From a virus (Duplodnaviria > Caudoviricetes), in IMG/VR virus record IMGVR_UViG_3300037851_000360, positions 1 through 64,000 of that record: a stretch of 64,000 nucleotides of DNA. One strand, written 5' to 3'. The notes beneath the pieces were generated by a model, which saw only the letters and a list, made by a program, of their open reading frames with translations, ran no database searches and had not been told where the DNA came from. The position numbers were made by a program, and so were the translations under genes. Below, in pieces: positions 55,277-64,000 of this stretch (position 1 is its first letter; every line of letters begins with the position of its first letter).

Positions 55277-55915
55277 ATGAGTAAAAGAGCCTCTGGAAAA
55301 AAGAATATCGATATCGTCAAGGACTATCTCTCCGGAGAGCGTCCTTTTGTTCAGTTCGGTTATCAAGGTGCCAAAGACACCACAAAACGAGCGGAAGGAG
55401 AGATGTGGACGGATGCAGACGGCAGAAAGTGGGTAATGCGTAATGGCACCCGCGTCAGCCAAAACTTCGACGCAATCCACGCTATCGCCAAGCAAAAGTG
55501 CACGTGCTGTGGAATCGACCTCAAGGTGTTCGGAACGCGCATTGATAAAAAGGTCTACGGAAAGACTGGTCTTTGCTTCGACTGTCTCATTAAACGCGAC
55601 ACTGACAGAAAGATCGACGGAACATTCCGCGAATACGAGGAGATGAAATATCTCAAGAATCAATTGGCATTCTTCGTCGTCAGCAAGCAGAAAATCCGCG
55701 AGAGTTACGACTACATGAAGAAGGAGAAGGAAATCAAGATGGTTCACTCCAACGGGGACGTTGAGGTTTGGCCGATCGCTGAGGGTGATCGTCAAATGGT
55801 TCTTGAGCGTTGTGTCAAGGATCAATGGATCGCCTGCCGACAGATCAAACTTCTCCAGAATCGTATTGCAGAACTTTCACTCAAGATCGAAGAGCAGAAT
55901 CAATCGACAACGTAA
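55277..55915 (+). CDS. Hypothetical zinc-finger protein directly upstream of the terminase large subunit (possible small subunit)
   Basis: CTCC and CFDC motifs; 3-nt gap to terL; the terS assignment rests on synteny only. Confidence 0.55.
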   Translation: MSKRASGKKNIDIVKDYLSGERPFVQFGYQGAKDTTKRAEGEMWTDADGRKWVMRNGTRVSQNFDAIHAIAKQKCTCCGIDLKVFGTRIDKKVYGKTGLCFDCLIKRDTDRKIDGTFREYEEMKYLKNQLAFFVVSKQKIRESYDYMKKEKEIKMVHSNGDVEVWPIAEGDRQMVLERCVKDQWIACRQIKLLQNRIAELSLKIEEQNQSTT

Positions 55916-55918
55916 AAT

Positions 55919-57526
55919 ATGGCAATCGACAAGATCAAAGAGCAAATCAAGAAAGAGTTCGTAAAGTGTGCGGCATCACCATCGTACTTCATGAAGAAGT
56001 ACGTCAAGATTCAGCACCCACTTCGCGGAACAATCCCCTTTGATCTATATCCTTTCCAAGAAGACGTTCTGGAAGATTTCAAAGCATACAACAAGAGCAT
56101 TGTGCTCAAGTCACGTCAGTTGGGAATTTCCACCCTCATCGCGGGATACATCCTGTGGCTGATGACTTTCTACAGTGACAAGAACGTTCTTGTCATTGCT
56201 ACCAAGCAGGAAACCGCAAAGAATCTTGTCACCAAGGTTCGCTTTGCAAACGAGGCTCTTCCGTCTTGGTTGAAGGTGCCAGAAGTTGAAAATAATCGTC
56301 TGTCGCTCAAACTCAAAAACGGTTCACAGGTCAAGGCAGTGTCAAGCGCCAGCGACTCGGCACGTTCCGAAGCACTTTCGCTTCTGGTCGTTGACGAATG
56401 TGCATTCATCGATGGAATCGAAGATATCTGGATTTCGGCGCAATCGACGCTCTCAACCGGTGGTCAGGCAATTCTCCTCTCCACACCAAATGGTATCGGT
56501 AACTTCTTCCACCAGACATGGGTTGCAGCCGAAGCCGGTGAAAACGGATTCCACACAATCAAGTTAAAGTGGGATGTGCACCCGGAACGAGACCAAGCGT
56601 GGCGCGACGACCAGACTCGTCTTCTTGGTAAGCATGGTGCTGCACAGGAATGTGACGCTGACTTTATCTCATCGGGTAACTCCGTCGTTGATGCTGAAAT
56701 TCTCCAGTGGTATAGAGACAATCTGTGTAAAGAACCCATCGAAAAGCGAGGAATCGAACATGCATATTGGCTGTGGGCGTATCCGGAATACTCTCGACAG
56801 TATGCCATTATTGCTGACGTTGGTAGAGGAGATTCAACCGACTATTCGGCATTTCACGTATTCGACCTTCAAAAGTTGGAACAAGTTGCCGAATTTCGAA
56901 GTAAGATGCCAACAAAAGATTACGGCAAACTTCTCGTCGCCGTTGCGACAGAGTGGGCAAATGCACTACTCATCATTGAAAATAACAACATTGGTTGGGC
57001 GACAATTCAGGAAGTCATAGATTCTGGTTATCCTAATATGTTCTACTCATCGACCGACCTACAGTATGTCGATGTGGAACAGCAGGTATCCAACAAAATC
57101 AACCGCGACGAAAAGAAGATGACTCCGGGATTCACAGTATCTCCGAAGAATAGACCTCTCATTATTTCAAAGATCGAACAATACATTCGAATGAAAGAAG
57201 TAGTTATCCGGTCAACCAGATTGATCGATGAACTATTCACTTTTGTTTGGAACAATGGTCGAGCCGAAGCCGCACGTGGATATAATGACGACTTGGTTAT
57301 GGCACTCGGAACGATGCTTTGGGTGCGTGATACGGCAATGCGCCTTCAGCAAGAGAGTATGGATTTGATGAAGGCCGCGCTCGGAGGAATCAGTCGAACA
57401 CAACAAAGTCTAGCATCGGTTCCAGTTTACCAGCAGAAGAATCTTCAGAGCGATCCTTGGAAGATGCCCATGGGACTTTCCGGAACTTCCAGAATGTCAG
57501 AGGATTTACGCTGGCTTATCAAGTAA
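55919..57526 (+). CDS. terL: Terminase large subunit (T4 gp17-like)
   Basis: LKSRQLGIST, VVDECAFI, LSTPNG, IADVGRG..DYS, GYNDDLVMAL. Confidence 0.95.
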   Translation: MAIDKIKEQIKKEFVKCAASPSYFMKKYVKIQHPLRGTIPFDLYPFQEDVLEDFKAYNKSIVLKSRQLGISTLIAGYILWLMTFYSDKNVLVIATKQETAKNLVTKVRFANEALPSWLKVPEVENNRLSLKLKNGSQVKAVSSASDSARSEALSLLVVDECAFIDGIEDIWISAQSTLSTGGQAILLSTPNGIGNFFHQTWVAAEAGENGFHTIKLKWDVHPERDQAWRDDQTRLLGKHGAAQECDADFISSGNSVVDAEILQWYRDNLCKEPIEKRGIEHAYWLWAYPEYSRQYAIIADVGRGDSTDYSAFHVFDLQKLEQVAEFRSKMPTKDYGKLLVAVATEWANALLIIENNNIGWATIQEVIDSGYPNMFYSSTDLQYVDVEQQVSNKINRDEKKMTPGFTVSPKNRPLIISKIEQYIRMKEVVIRSTRLIDELFTFVWNNGRAEAARGYNDDLVMALGTMLWVRDTAMRLQQESMDLMKAALGGISRTQQSLASVPVYQQKNLQSDPWKMPMGLSGTSRMSEDLRWLIK

Positions 57527-57544
57527 GTTTTTTTAGACCGTCTC

Positions 57545-57553
57545 ATATTTATA
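57545..57553 (+). promoter_or_regulatory. Putative late promoter motif ATATTTATA
   Basis: Upstream of portal. Confidence 0.6.
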
Positions 57554-57576
57554 GACATACACCTTAAAGGCTATTT

Positions 57577-59427
57577 ATGGAAGAAATCAACAACCAATCG
57601 CTGTTCAACAGGCTGAAGAGACTCTTTAGCACGAACGTAATTGTGCGCAATGTGGGAGGAAAGAAACTCAAGGTTGTTGACACCGACGAGGTTCAATTTG
57701 CAACCGATAGACACTCACTCCGTGACAGGTTCAACCGCCTTCGTTCCAGTACATACAACTTGCACAACCGAGACATGGCTATGTCATATCAAGCCGCCCG
57801 TCTCGAATTGTTCCGCGACTATGATGTTATGGATATGGACCCAATCATCTCGGCGGCACTTGACATTTATGCCGATGAGTGCGTCACCGAGTCTGAAATG
57901 GGTGATATTCTCACCATCACATCGGAAGATGAGAACATCAAAGAAATCCTTGAGAACCTCTTCAAAGACATTCTCAATGTAGAATTCAACTTGTGGTCAT
58001 GGGTTCGTAACATGGTCAAGTACGGAGACTTCTTCCTGAAACTCGACATTTCTCCTGAATACGGAATCTATACCGTGGTTCCTCTTTCAGCATACGAAGT
58101 CACCCGTGTTGAAGGATCGAATCCTGACAACATGAATTATGTCAAGTTCCAACACGACGGTCCCATGGGCGGTCAGGAATACGAAAACTTCGAGGTTGCA
58201 CACTTCCGTCTATTGGGCGACTCCAACTTCCTTCCTTATGGAAAGTCGATGTTGGAAGGTGCTCGTCGCGTTTGGAAGCAGTTGAGCCTCATGGAAGACG
58301 CTATGTTGATCCACCGCATCATGCGAGCGCCCGAAAAGCGTATCTTTAAGATCGACATTGGTAATATCGCTCCGTCCGACGTTGATCCATACATGGAAAA
58401 GATCATCTCCAAGATGAAGAAGGTTCCATACATTGACGAGAGAACCGGCGACTACAACCTTCGCTTTAACCTCATGAACATGGTCGAAGACTTCTTCCTA
58501 CCTGTTCGTGGTGGTGACTCCGGAACATCCATTGATTCCTTGCCGGGTATGGAGTTTACTGGAACGGATGATATCGAATATCTCCGCAACAAGATGATGG
58601 CAGCACTCAAGATTCCAAAGGCATTCTTGGGTTATGACGAGTCGATTGGTGGTAAGGCAACATTGGCACAGGAAGATATCCGCTTCGCCAAGACCATCGC
58701 TCGCATTCAGAGAATTCTCGTCAGCGAACTTACCAAGATCGCCATCGTTCACTTATATGTACAGGGTCACCAAGACGCATCTCTTGTCAATTTCAAACTT
58801 TCTCTAACCAATCCGTCGAGTATCTTCGAACAGGAGAAAATCTCCCTTTGGAATGACAAGACCGACCTTGCAAAGAACATGCAGGAAGCCAACCTCTTCA
58901 GCGCCGAGTGGATATACAAGAAAATCTTCGGCCTCAGTGAAGGGGATATTGAAGAAATTCAAGAGCAGATGGTGGAAGACAAGAAGATGATTTGGAGATT
59001 TGCACAAATCGAAGAACAGGGTAATGATCCAGCCACAAGCGGTCAGAATGTAAACGCTGATGGAGATTTGGAAAACGCTGGTGGTGAACCAGCAGCAGAA
59101 CCAGCAGCCGGTGGGGAAGCCCCACTAAAGGAAGAGGAAGAAAAGCCCGAGCGTGATCAATCTGGAAGAAAAGATGCTCGTGAATATCCCTTCGGTGAAG
59201 ACCCAATTGGAAAACTAGGTCGTAAAGAAAAGACCCGCTCCGACCCCATCCGTCACAGTTTCCGTGGTGGATTGTTCAAGATCAATGAACTTGAAAGAAT
59301 CAAAGAAGCCGTTAAACAAAAGGCATCAAAGACGACAGTCGCTAAGGAAATCTTGACCGAAAAAAAGTCATTGCTAGATGAAAGCAACATCTTGGATGAC
59401 GTAAGTGAAAAAGGTACATCTGGTTAA
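57577..59427 (+). CDS. Portal protein (T4 gp20-like)
   Basis: LMEDAMLIHRIMRAPEKRIFKID, EDFFLPVRGG, LKIPKAFL, EDIRFAK. Confidence 0.95.
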   Translation: MEEINNQSLFNRLKRLFSTNVIVRNVGGKKLKVVDTDEVQFATDRHSLRDRFNRLRSSTYNLHNRDMAMSYQAARLELFRDYDVMDMDPIISAALDIYADECVTESEMGDILTITSEDENIKEILENLFKDILNVEFNLWSWVRNMVKYGDFFLKLDISPEYGIYTVVPLSAYEVTRVEGSNPDNMNYVKFQHDGPMGGQEYENFEVAHFRLLGDSNFLPYGKSMLEGARRVWKQLSLMEDAMLIHRIMRAPEKRIFKIDIGNIAPSDVDPYMEKIISKMKKVPYIDERTGDYNLRFNLMNMVEDFFLPVRGGDSGTSIDSLPGMEFTGTDDIEYLRNKMMAALKIPKAFLGYDESIGGKATLAQEDIRFAKTIARIQRILVSELTKIAIVHLYVQGHQDASLVNFKLSLTNPSSIFEQEKISLWNDKTDLAKNMQEANLFSAEWIYKKIFGLSEGDIEEIQEQMVEDKKMIWRFAQIEEQGNDPATSGQNVNADGDLENAGGEPAAEPAAGGEAPLKEEEEKPERDQSGRKDAREYPFGEDPIGKLGRKEKTRSDPIRHSFRGGLFKINELERIKEAVKQKASKTTVAKEILTEKKSLLDESNILDDVSEKGTSG

Positions 59428-59461
59428 GACGAGATAATCTATAATTTTACCCAACCAACAT

Positions 59462-59470
59462 ATATTTATT
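59462..59470 (+). promoter_or_regulatory. Putative late promoter motif ATATTTATT
   Basis: 4 nt from ATG. Confidence 0.6.
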
Positions 59471-59474
59471 CAAC

Positions 59475-60374
59475 ATGAGTCTACCGACACCAAAGAAGCT
59501 AAAACACAGTAAGTTCAAGAACACGGGCATCCTCTTTGAACTTTTAGTTCGTCAAGTGACTTCTGACATCATTTCGAACAAACCTTCCCTCGCGAATCCC
59601 ATCCTCCAGAAGTTTTTCAACGAGGCAACTGAATTGGGCAAGGAGTGGAAATTGTACCAACTCATCACCGAAGAAAAGGTGAAGTCACAGGAGCAAGCCG
59701 AGAAGTTTTTGGAAGTGATCATCAACACTCGTAAAAAGATCAACGAATCCAAACTATCCGCGCAGAAGTTTGAGTTGGTGAAGGAAATCAAGGCTCATTG
59801 GGATTTGGAAAAGTTCATGGCTTCGCCCGTAAGCAACTACAAACTTTTTGCATCCACGTTCAAACTATTCGAAGAGGCAACTCATCCCGAAATCATCGTT
59901 GAGGCAAAGGAATTGTATCAAGCCAAGTCGTTTATCACGGAGCACATGTCAACCAAGTCCGCTCCTAAGACCGACCTCGGCGACTACAATAAGTCGGAAT
60001 TGATCGAAATGTATAGAAAGCAAACCGAAGAAATGCGTTTGCTCTCTTACAAACTTCTCATCGACAACTTCAACAAAAAGTATTCCAACCTCGACACCGA
60101 GCAGAAGAACCTTCTTCGCGAATACATCAACAACGTAAGCAACACTCAGAGCCTACGTGAATATGTTGATAAGGAAGTTGAGAGAGTTAAGAAGAAACTT
60201 CAGGAATTGGCAAAGACCATCAACGATGACGTTATCGTGATCAAGTTGAATGAAGCACTTGCACAACTATCCAAGTTGAACGAAGGCAGATTGGTAAAGG
60301 ATAATCATATCACCGCCCTCTTGATCGGCTACGAACTGATCAAGGAGATTAAGAAAACCACAGGAAAAGAGTAA
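59475..60374 (+). CDS. Head-module hypothetical protein (helical)
   Basis: 299-aa ORF between portal and protease. Confidence 0.75.
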   Translation: MSLPTPKKLKHSKFKNTGILFELLVRQVTSDIISNKPSLANPILQKFFNEATELGKEWKLYQLITEEKVKSQEQAEKFLEVIINTRKKINESKLSAQKFELVKEIKAHWDLEKFMASPVSNYKLFASTFKLFEEATHPEIIVEAKELYQAKSFITEHMSTKSAPKTDLGDYNKSELIEMYRKQTEEMRLLSYKLLIDNFNKKYSNLDTEQKNLLREYINNVSNTQSLREYVDKEVERVKKKLQELAKTINDDVIVIKLNEALAQLSKLNEGRLVKDNHITALLIGYELIKEIKKTTGKE

Positions 60375-60832
60375 TGGATAAGAACGGTCTCAACAAGTTA
60401 ATCGCGGAGGTTTTGAAGGATATTCAAACCGAGATGACCACAACTGGAGCCGTCGCTGGTTACCAGACTCCAAACGCATTTTCTGCAAACAAGAAGAGCA
60501 AGGGCAATAAGAAAGCCGCTGCCGCTACTTCGGGTTACACTCCTGTAAAGGAAGAAGAAGACCCTGAAGTATTGAGTGAAGCACGTGGTCGATATTTCAA
60601 CTTTCGCGAAAGCGAAGAATTCAGACACCCAAGTAGCAAGGTATCATTTTGCATTCGTGAGATGAAGAAGATGCTTGGTGAAGTGGAGTTCCTCGTCAAA
60701 ATCGGAAAGCGTCTCAAGACCGAGGCTGGCGTGTCAAATGACATGCTCTGGAAAAGAACCGAACATGACGTTCAGGCGATTAACGAACGCCTCAGAAACC
60801 TCGCCCGTGGAATTAAGGAAATGACCAGATGA
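60374..60832 (+). CDS. Putative prohead core protein
   Basis: LxE leader; TE-MTTTGAVAGYQTPNAF segment; synteny. Confidence 0.6.
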   Translation: MDKNGLNKLIAEVLKDIQTEMTTTGAVAGYQTPNAFSANKKSKGNKKAAAATSGYTPVKEEEDPEVLSEARGRYFNFRESEEFRHPSSKVSFCIREMKKMLGEVEFLVKIGKRLKTEAGVSNDMLWKRTEHDVQAINERLRNLARGIKEMTR

Positions 60833-61278
60833 ATACAAAACTAACCTCCTTGCTACAAGAAATTTTTAACGGCTCAAAACTCGCCGAAGTGGGTGGTGTT
60901 GTATCAACCCCACCTGTAGGTCAAGTTGCAAAGAAACCTGCCACCCCAACTACAGCACCAGCAACAGAGCCAGCAACTCCTGCACCAGCCGCGCCCGCCG
61001 CTGCGCAGGTTTACAATCCAGCGGTCGAAATGCAATCGTTCGAATCTGAAATCGCCAAGTCGATTGAAATTCACGAAAAGAACATCAAGGCACGCCTTCT
61101 CAACAAGACCGTCACCGCCCGCGCATCAAAGGGATATGGTCAGGTTGAAAAGGATTACACATTCGTAGTAGTTTCCGCATCAATCGTTCTTTTCAAGGAA
61201 GACTATCACCTAGTACTTCGCGACAAAGAGAAGAAGGAATATTACGTCAACACCAACACAAAGATCAAGGTAAGTTAA
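60829..61278 (+). CDS. Putative prohead core protein
   Basis: MNTKLTSLLQE leader; Pro/Ala linker; synteny. Confidence 0.6.
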   Translation: MNTKLTSLLQEIFNGSKLAEVGGVVSTPPVGQVAKKPATPTTAPATEPATPAPAAPAAAQVYNPAVEMQSFESEIAKSIEIHEKNIKARLLNKTVTARASKGYGQVEKDYTFVVVSASIVLFKEDYHLVLRDKEKKEYYVNTNTKIKVS

Positions 61279-61279
61279 C

Positions 61280-61888
61280 ATGAAGATACCTCTAAACAAT
61301 GTTATTCCATTCGAAATCTCGCCTCGCGTTCTTCAAGAAGTTCGCGAGAACGTATCTGGCCCAGTAACCGTCGAAGGTATCCTACAGAAAGCAAACGAAC
61401 AGAATCAAAATGGTCGTCGCTATCCAAAGCCAATTCTCGAAAGAGAAATCATGAACTACCAAAAGAACTTCGTCAATGAACGTCGTGCTCTTGGAGAACT
61501 CGACCACCCAAATTCGGGTGTAATCAACCTCAAGAACGTATCCCACAACATCGTGGAATGCCATTGGGAAGGCGACAACGTAGTTGGAACCATCGAAATT
61601 TTGACCACGCCCGCTGGAAACATTCTTCGCGAACTCATCAAGAACAACATTCGTCTTGGTATCAGTTCTCGTGGTATGGGTTCCGTTAAGGAACTTCGCG
61701 AAGGTGGTGTTGAGGTACAGGACGACTTCGAACTTCTTTGCTTTGACTTCGTATCCAACCCATCCACCCGTGGCGCATTCATGCAGCCACAATCGCTCAA
61801 TGAAGGTCTTGAAAAGACACTTGAAGCAGTTTCCAAGTACGGAAAAGTCGAAGGATTGATCTACGACCTTCTCTCGGAGATGAAATAA
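61280..61888 (+). CDS. Prohead maturation protease (T4 gp21-like)
   Basis: NQNGRRYP, ALGELDHP, LGISSRGMGS, DFVSNPST. Confidence 0.95.
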   Translation: MKIPLNNVIPFEISPRVLQEVRENVSGPVTVEGILQKANEQNQNGRRYPKPILEREIMNYQKNFVNERRALGELDHPNSGVINLKNVSHNIVECHWEGDNVVGTIEILTTPAGNILRELIKNNIRLGISSRGMGSVKELREGGVEVQDDFELLCFDFVSNPSTRGAFMQPQSLNEGLEKTLEAVSKYGKVEGLIYDLLSEMK

Positions 61889-61889
61889 T

Positions 61890-62342
61890 ATGCCTCACGA
61901 CGTAAATGGAAAACTGACTAGACAAGACGTTTTCGGCGCGAAGCAAGCACTTGAATACCTTGAGAAGTATTCCAACGAACTTTACACAAGCGCAGAACAT
62001 GACGAAGAAGACATTGCTGCTTGGAGACAATGCTGCGATAAGATCGCATCGTTTGCATCCAAACTTGACAAGCGTCTAAAAGAACTCACGGCAAAAAAGC
62101 CTGACGCTGCGTTGGCTGAAAATGATCAGTTTGGAATTCGTAACATCGAAAACGAACAGATTGCCGAAAAAATTCTAGCCGTATTGATGGGTAAGGGAAA
62201 GATTCCTGCCATGAAGGGCGGCAACGAAAAAGAATCCATTAAGGCGGAAATCGCCGACGTTCTCGATCAAGTTAAGCCCGGAATGAACGAGAGCATTTAC
62301 AAGAAAGCACTCAAGGCACTTATCCGCGAGGCAAAGAAATAA
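61890..62342 (+). CDS. Head-module hypothetical protein
   Basis: 150-aa ORF; LxE sites. Confidence 0.7.
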   Translation: MPHDVNGKLTRQDVFGAKQALEYLEKYSNELYTSAEHDEEDIAAWRQCCDKIASFASKLDKRLKELTAKKPDAALAENDQFGIRNIENEQIAEKILAVLMGKGKIPAMKGGNEKESIKAEIADVLDQVKPGMNESIYKKALKALIREAKK

Positions 62343-62344
62343 TC

Positions 62345-63064
62345 ATGAAACCAACACCATATCTCAAGCAAATTCTAACGGAGATTGCACAACACGCAAA
62401 TGCCGGCCGTCTACAGGCTGACGGAAAGACCATTCTCCAAGAGGGAAAGTTCCGCCCAACCAAGATGTCTCTACGTGAACGCGCTCTCGGCGAAGCAGAC
62501 AAGCCGGAAGACAAACCAGAAGACAAGGGTGATGAGTTGGATTCCGCACTTGCTGATTTGAAGGGCTCAGAGGCAGATAAAGCACCAGCAGATGCTCCTG
62601 CTCCAAAGGATGCTCCAGCGGATGCTGCTCCAAAAGCACCTGCTCCGAAGGCACCAGCCCCAGCAGATACCGCTTCCGATACAGCCGATACGGCTGAAAA
62701 AGAAGCACAGGCGAAGCAGGCACAAGCCGACGCAGCAAAGGCAGACGCCGCAGCCGACAAAGCAAAAGCCGAAAAGGCACAAGCAGAGAAAGAAGTTGCC
62801 GAGCAAGGGCATGTCAAACTCGCATCGGTTCCCGGAATCAGTTTCCTCCTCGCAAAAGTTCTTGCACCAGCATTGAGAGAAAACACAATCGACGGACTTG
62901 CACAAGGATTCGTTGATGGTCTCAAGATCGACGATGCACAGAAGTTTGAAGTCTTCAAACAAGAAACTGCTCTTTTCCGAAAGGTAAAAGGATTCCAGCA
63001 ACTCATTGATTCTATGGCAAACCTCGTTGGCGCTCCAACATCCGCAGATCAGGCGGAAGGCTAA
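62345..63064 (+). CDS. Putative prohead core/internal protein with Ala/Pro/Lys-rich linker
   Basis: MKPTPYLKQILTE leader; several LxE sites. Confidence 0.7.
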   Translation: MKPTPYLKQILTEIAQHANAGRLQADGKTILQEGKFRPTKMSLRERALGEADKPEDKPEDKGDELDSALADLKGSEADKAPADAPAPKDAPADAAPKAPAPKAPAPADTASDTADTAEKEAQAKQAQADAAKADAAADKAKAEKAQAEKEVAEQGHVKLASVPGISFLLAKVLAPALRENTIDGLAQGFVDGLKIDDAQKFEVFKQETALFRKVKGFQQLIDSMANLVGAPTSADQAEG

Positions 63065-63067
63065 TCT

Positions 63068-63673
63068 ATGACCGAAAAATGGCTTAAACAATCCTTGTCA
63101 TCCGGGCAAAATTCCCTCAAAAGATTCGAAATGATCGCTGAGGGAAAGGGTGATCCATTTGCCAAGGAATTGTATCACAAGATCGCAACCATCGATCCAA
63201 AGTCATTTACCCAATGGGCAATCGACGGATACGGTCCCACACAAGGTCTCGAAGGTTTGTATCTCAGAATCAATGATAACATGATGTTTCGTGGTGTTGT
63301 GAAAATAACAATCAACGATCACGATCTATACGACATTGAATTCATCGCTGCTCCAAATCAAAAGACCACTGAGAAGTTTTCCGACGTTCATTTGGAAGAC
63401 ATTCCAAGAAAACTGAATCAGGTTTTAATCTCCCCTATGAAGGAAGCCGTTCTCGGGGAAGTTCCACAAACCGATCAGGCAGTTGCAGAGGTTCCACAAA
63501 TCGACCCTCGCGACGCCGCAAAACTTGCAGAGTTGGAAAAGAACACTTCTAAAATAAGTTCCGACGTTCAGAAATTGGATGCCAGAATGGCTCCACTCAT
63601 GAAGAAAAAAGCAGACCTCCAACTTCGATTGGAAAAACTTAACGCAGAAAAAGCGAGAATCAAGTCTCGTTAA
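63068..63673 (+). CDS. Head-module hypothetical protein, C-terminal coiled coil
   Basis: 201-aa ORF. Confidence 0.7.
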   Translation: MTEKWLKQSLSSGQNSLKRFEMIAEGKGDPFAKELYHKIATIDPKSFTQWAIDGYGPTQGLEGLYLRINDNMMFRGVVKITINDHDLYDIEFIAAPNQKTTEKFSDVHLEDIPRKLNQVLISPMKEAVLGEVPQTDQAVAEVPQIDPRDAAKLAELEKNTSKISSDVQKLDARMAPLMKKKADLQLRLEKLNAEKARIKSR

Positions 63674-63676
63674 CCC

Positions 63677-63685
63677 ATATTTATA
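63677..63685 (+). promoter_or_regulatory. Putative late promoter motif ATATTTATA
   Basis: 6 nt from ATG. Confidence 0.6.
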
Positions 63686-63691
63686 GACACC

Positions 63692-64000
63692 ATGAAACTT
63701 CGCGCACTACTCACAGAAATGGAACAACAGCAAAATCAAGACGCTGTTCGCAAAATGTCTCCTGAACAGAAGAAGACAATGATGGAAATGATTGCCAACT
63801 ACAATGAGTTTGGCAAGCAACTTCGTCGTGAAGGAAGCCTCTGTGATATCGCCAAGCGTTTGAGCGAAATTGCTGCCCACGCAGAAACCATGGCAATGAA
63901 CGAGACCGACGATTGGTTCGATAAAAAGACCGTATCCCGCAACATGGAAGGTCTCAAGAAGTCTTGTGCTGAATTCGATAAACTTGCCAAGGAAGCGCAG
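63692..64000 (+). CDS. Putative prohead core/scaffold protein (3'-truncated by the window)
   Basis: MKLRALLTE...; open to the window end. Confidence 0.65.
   Translation, partial: MKLRALLTEMEQQQNQDAVRKMSPEQKKTMMEMIANYNEFGKQLRREGSLCDIAKRLSEIAAHAETMAMNETDDWFDKKTVSRNMEGLKKSCAEFDKLAKEAQ

Noticed and set aside
2966-57526. Inteins or group I introns in RNR, helicase, RecA or terminase
   Set aside because: Protein lengths and motif spacing are normal, with no intein splice-junction or LAGLIDADG motifs seen.
1-64000. Genome-wide TAG reassignment (genetic code 15/16-type recoding)
   Set aside because: All recognisable long genes are intact in the standard code. Only Pth2 shows an internal TAG, and TAG still ends three genes, so suppression looks local.

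Overview
This 64-kb window comes from a large T4-like (contractile-tailed) phage genome. It holds a replication block (class II RNR, DnaB-like helicase, 5'-3' exonuclease, RecA/UvsX, gp32-like SSB, a small divergent family A polymerase), a baseplate/tape-measure/tail-tube block, seven Ala-periodic 'TASYA'-repeat fibre genes, a small island with sigma70-like promoters (DenV-like glycosylase, AAA ATPase, SF2 helicase, HTH-HNH), and the head block (terminase, portal, prohead protease, core proteins). Two systems stand out. (1) An amber-suppressor tRNA(CUA) lies 10 nt upstream of a peptidyl-tRNA hydrolase (Pth2) gene whose only canonical start codon is followed by an in-frame TAG at codon 7. The gene upstream of the tRNA also ends in TAG, and read-through would run across the whole tRNA sequence and stop on a TGA overlapping the Pth2 ATG. 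TAG is otherwise rare (3 of 61 complete CDS stops), so this looks like a local amber-gated circuit, not genome recoding. (2) A 2078-aa protein has two HxGH-type nucleotidyltransferase domains, four copies of an unknown ~240-aa domain, a KxDG ligase-like domain and a Pol-beta-like NTase domain. Every domain boundary carries an [LIM]-x-E site like those cut by T4 prohead protease, and about a dozen other late genes (including Nudix, cysteine-hydrolase-like and 2H-phosphoesterase enzymes) have leaders resembling the T4 capsid-targeting sequence. This suggests a capsid-packaged, protease-released effector arsenal. The late-gene motif ATATTTATA is the reverse complement of the T4 late promoter and often sits only 4-6 nt from the ATG. 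All functional calls come from motif recognition by eye; no database searches were run.
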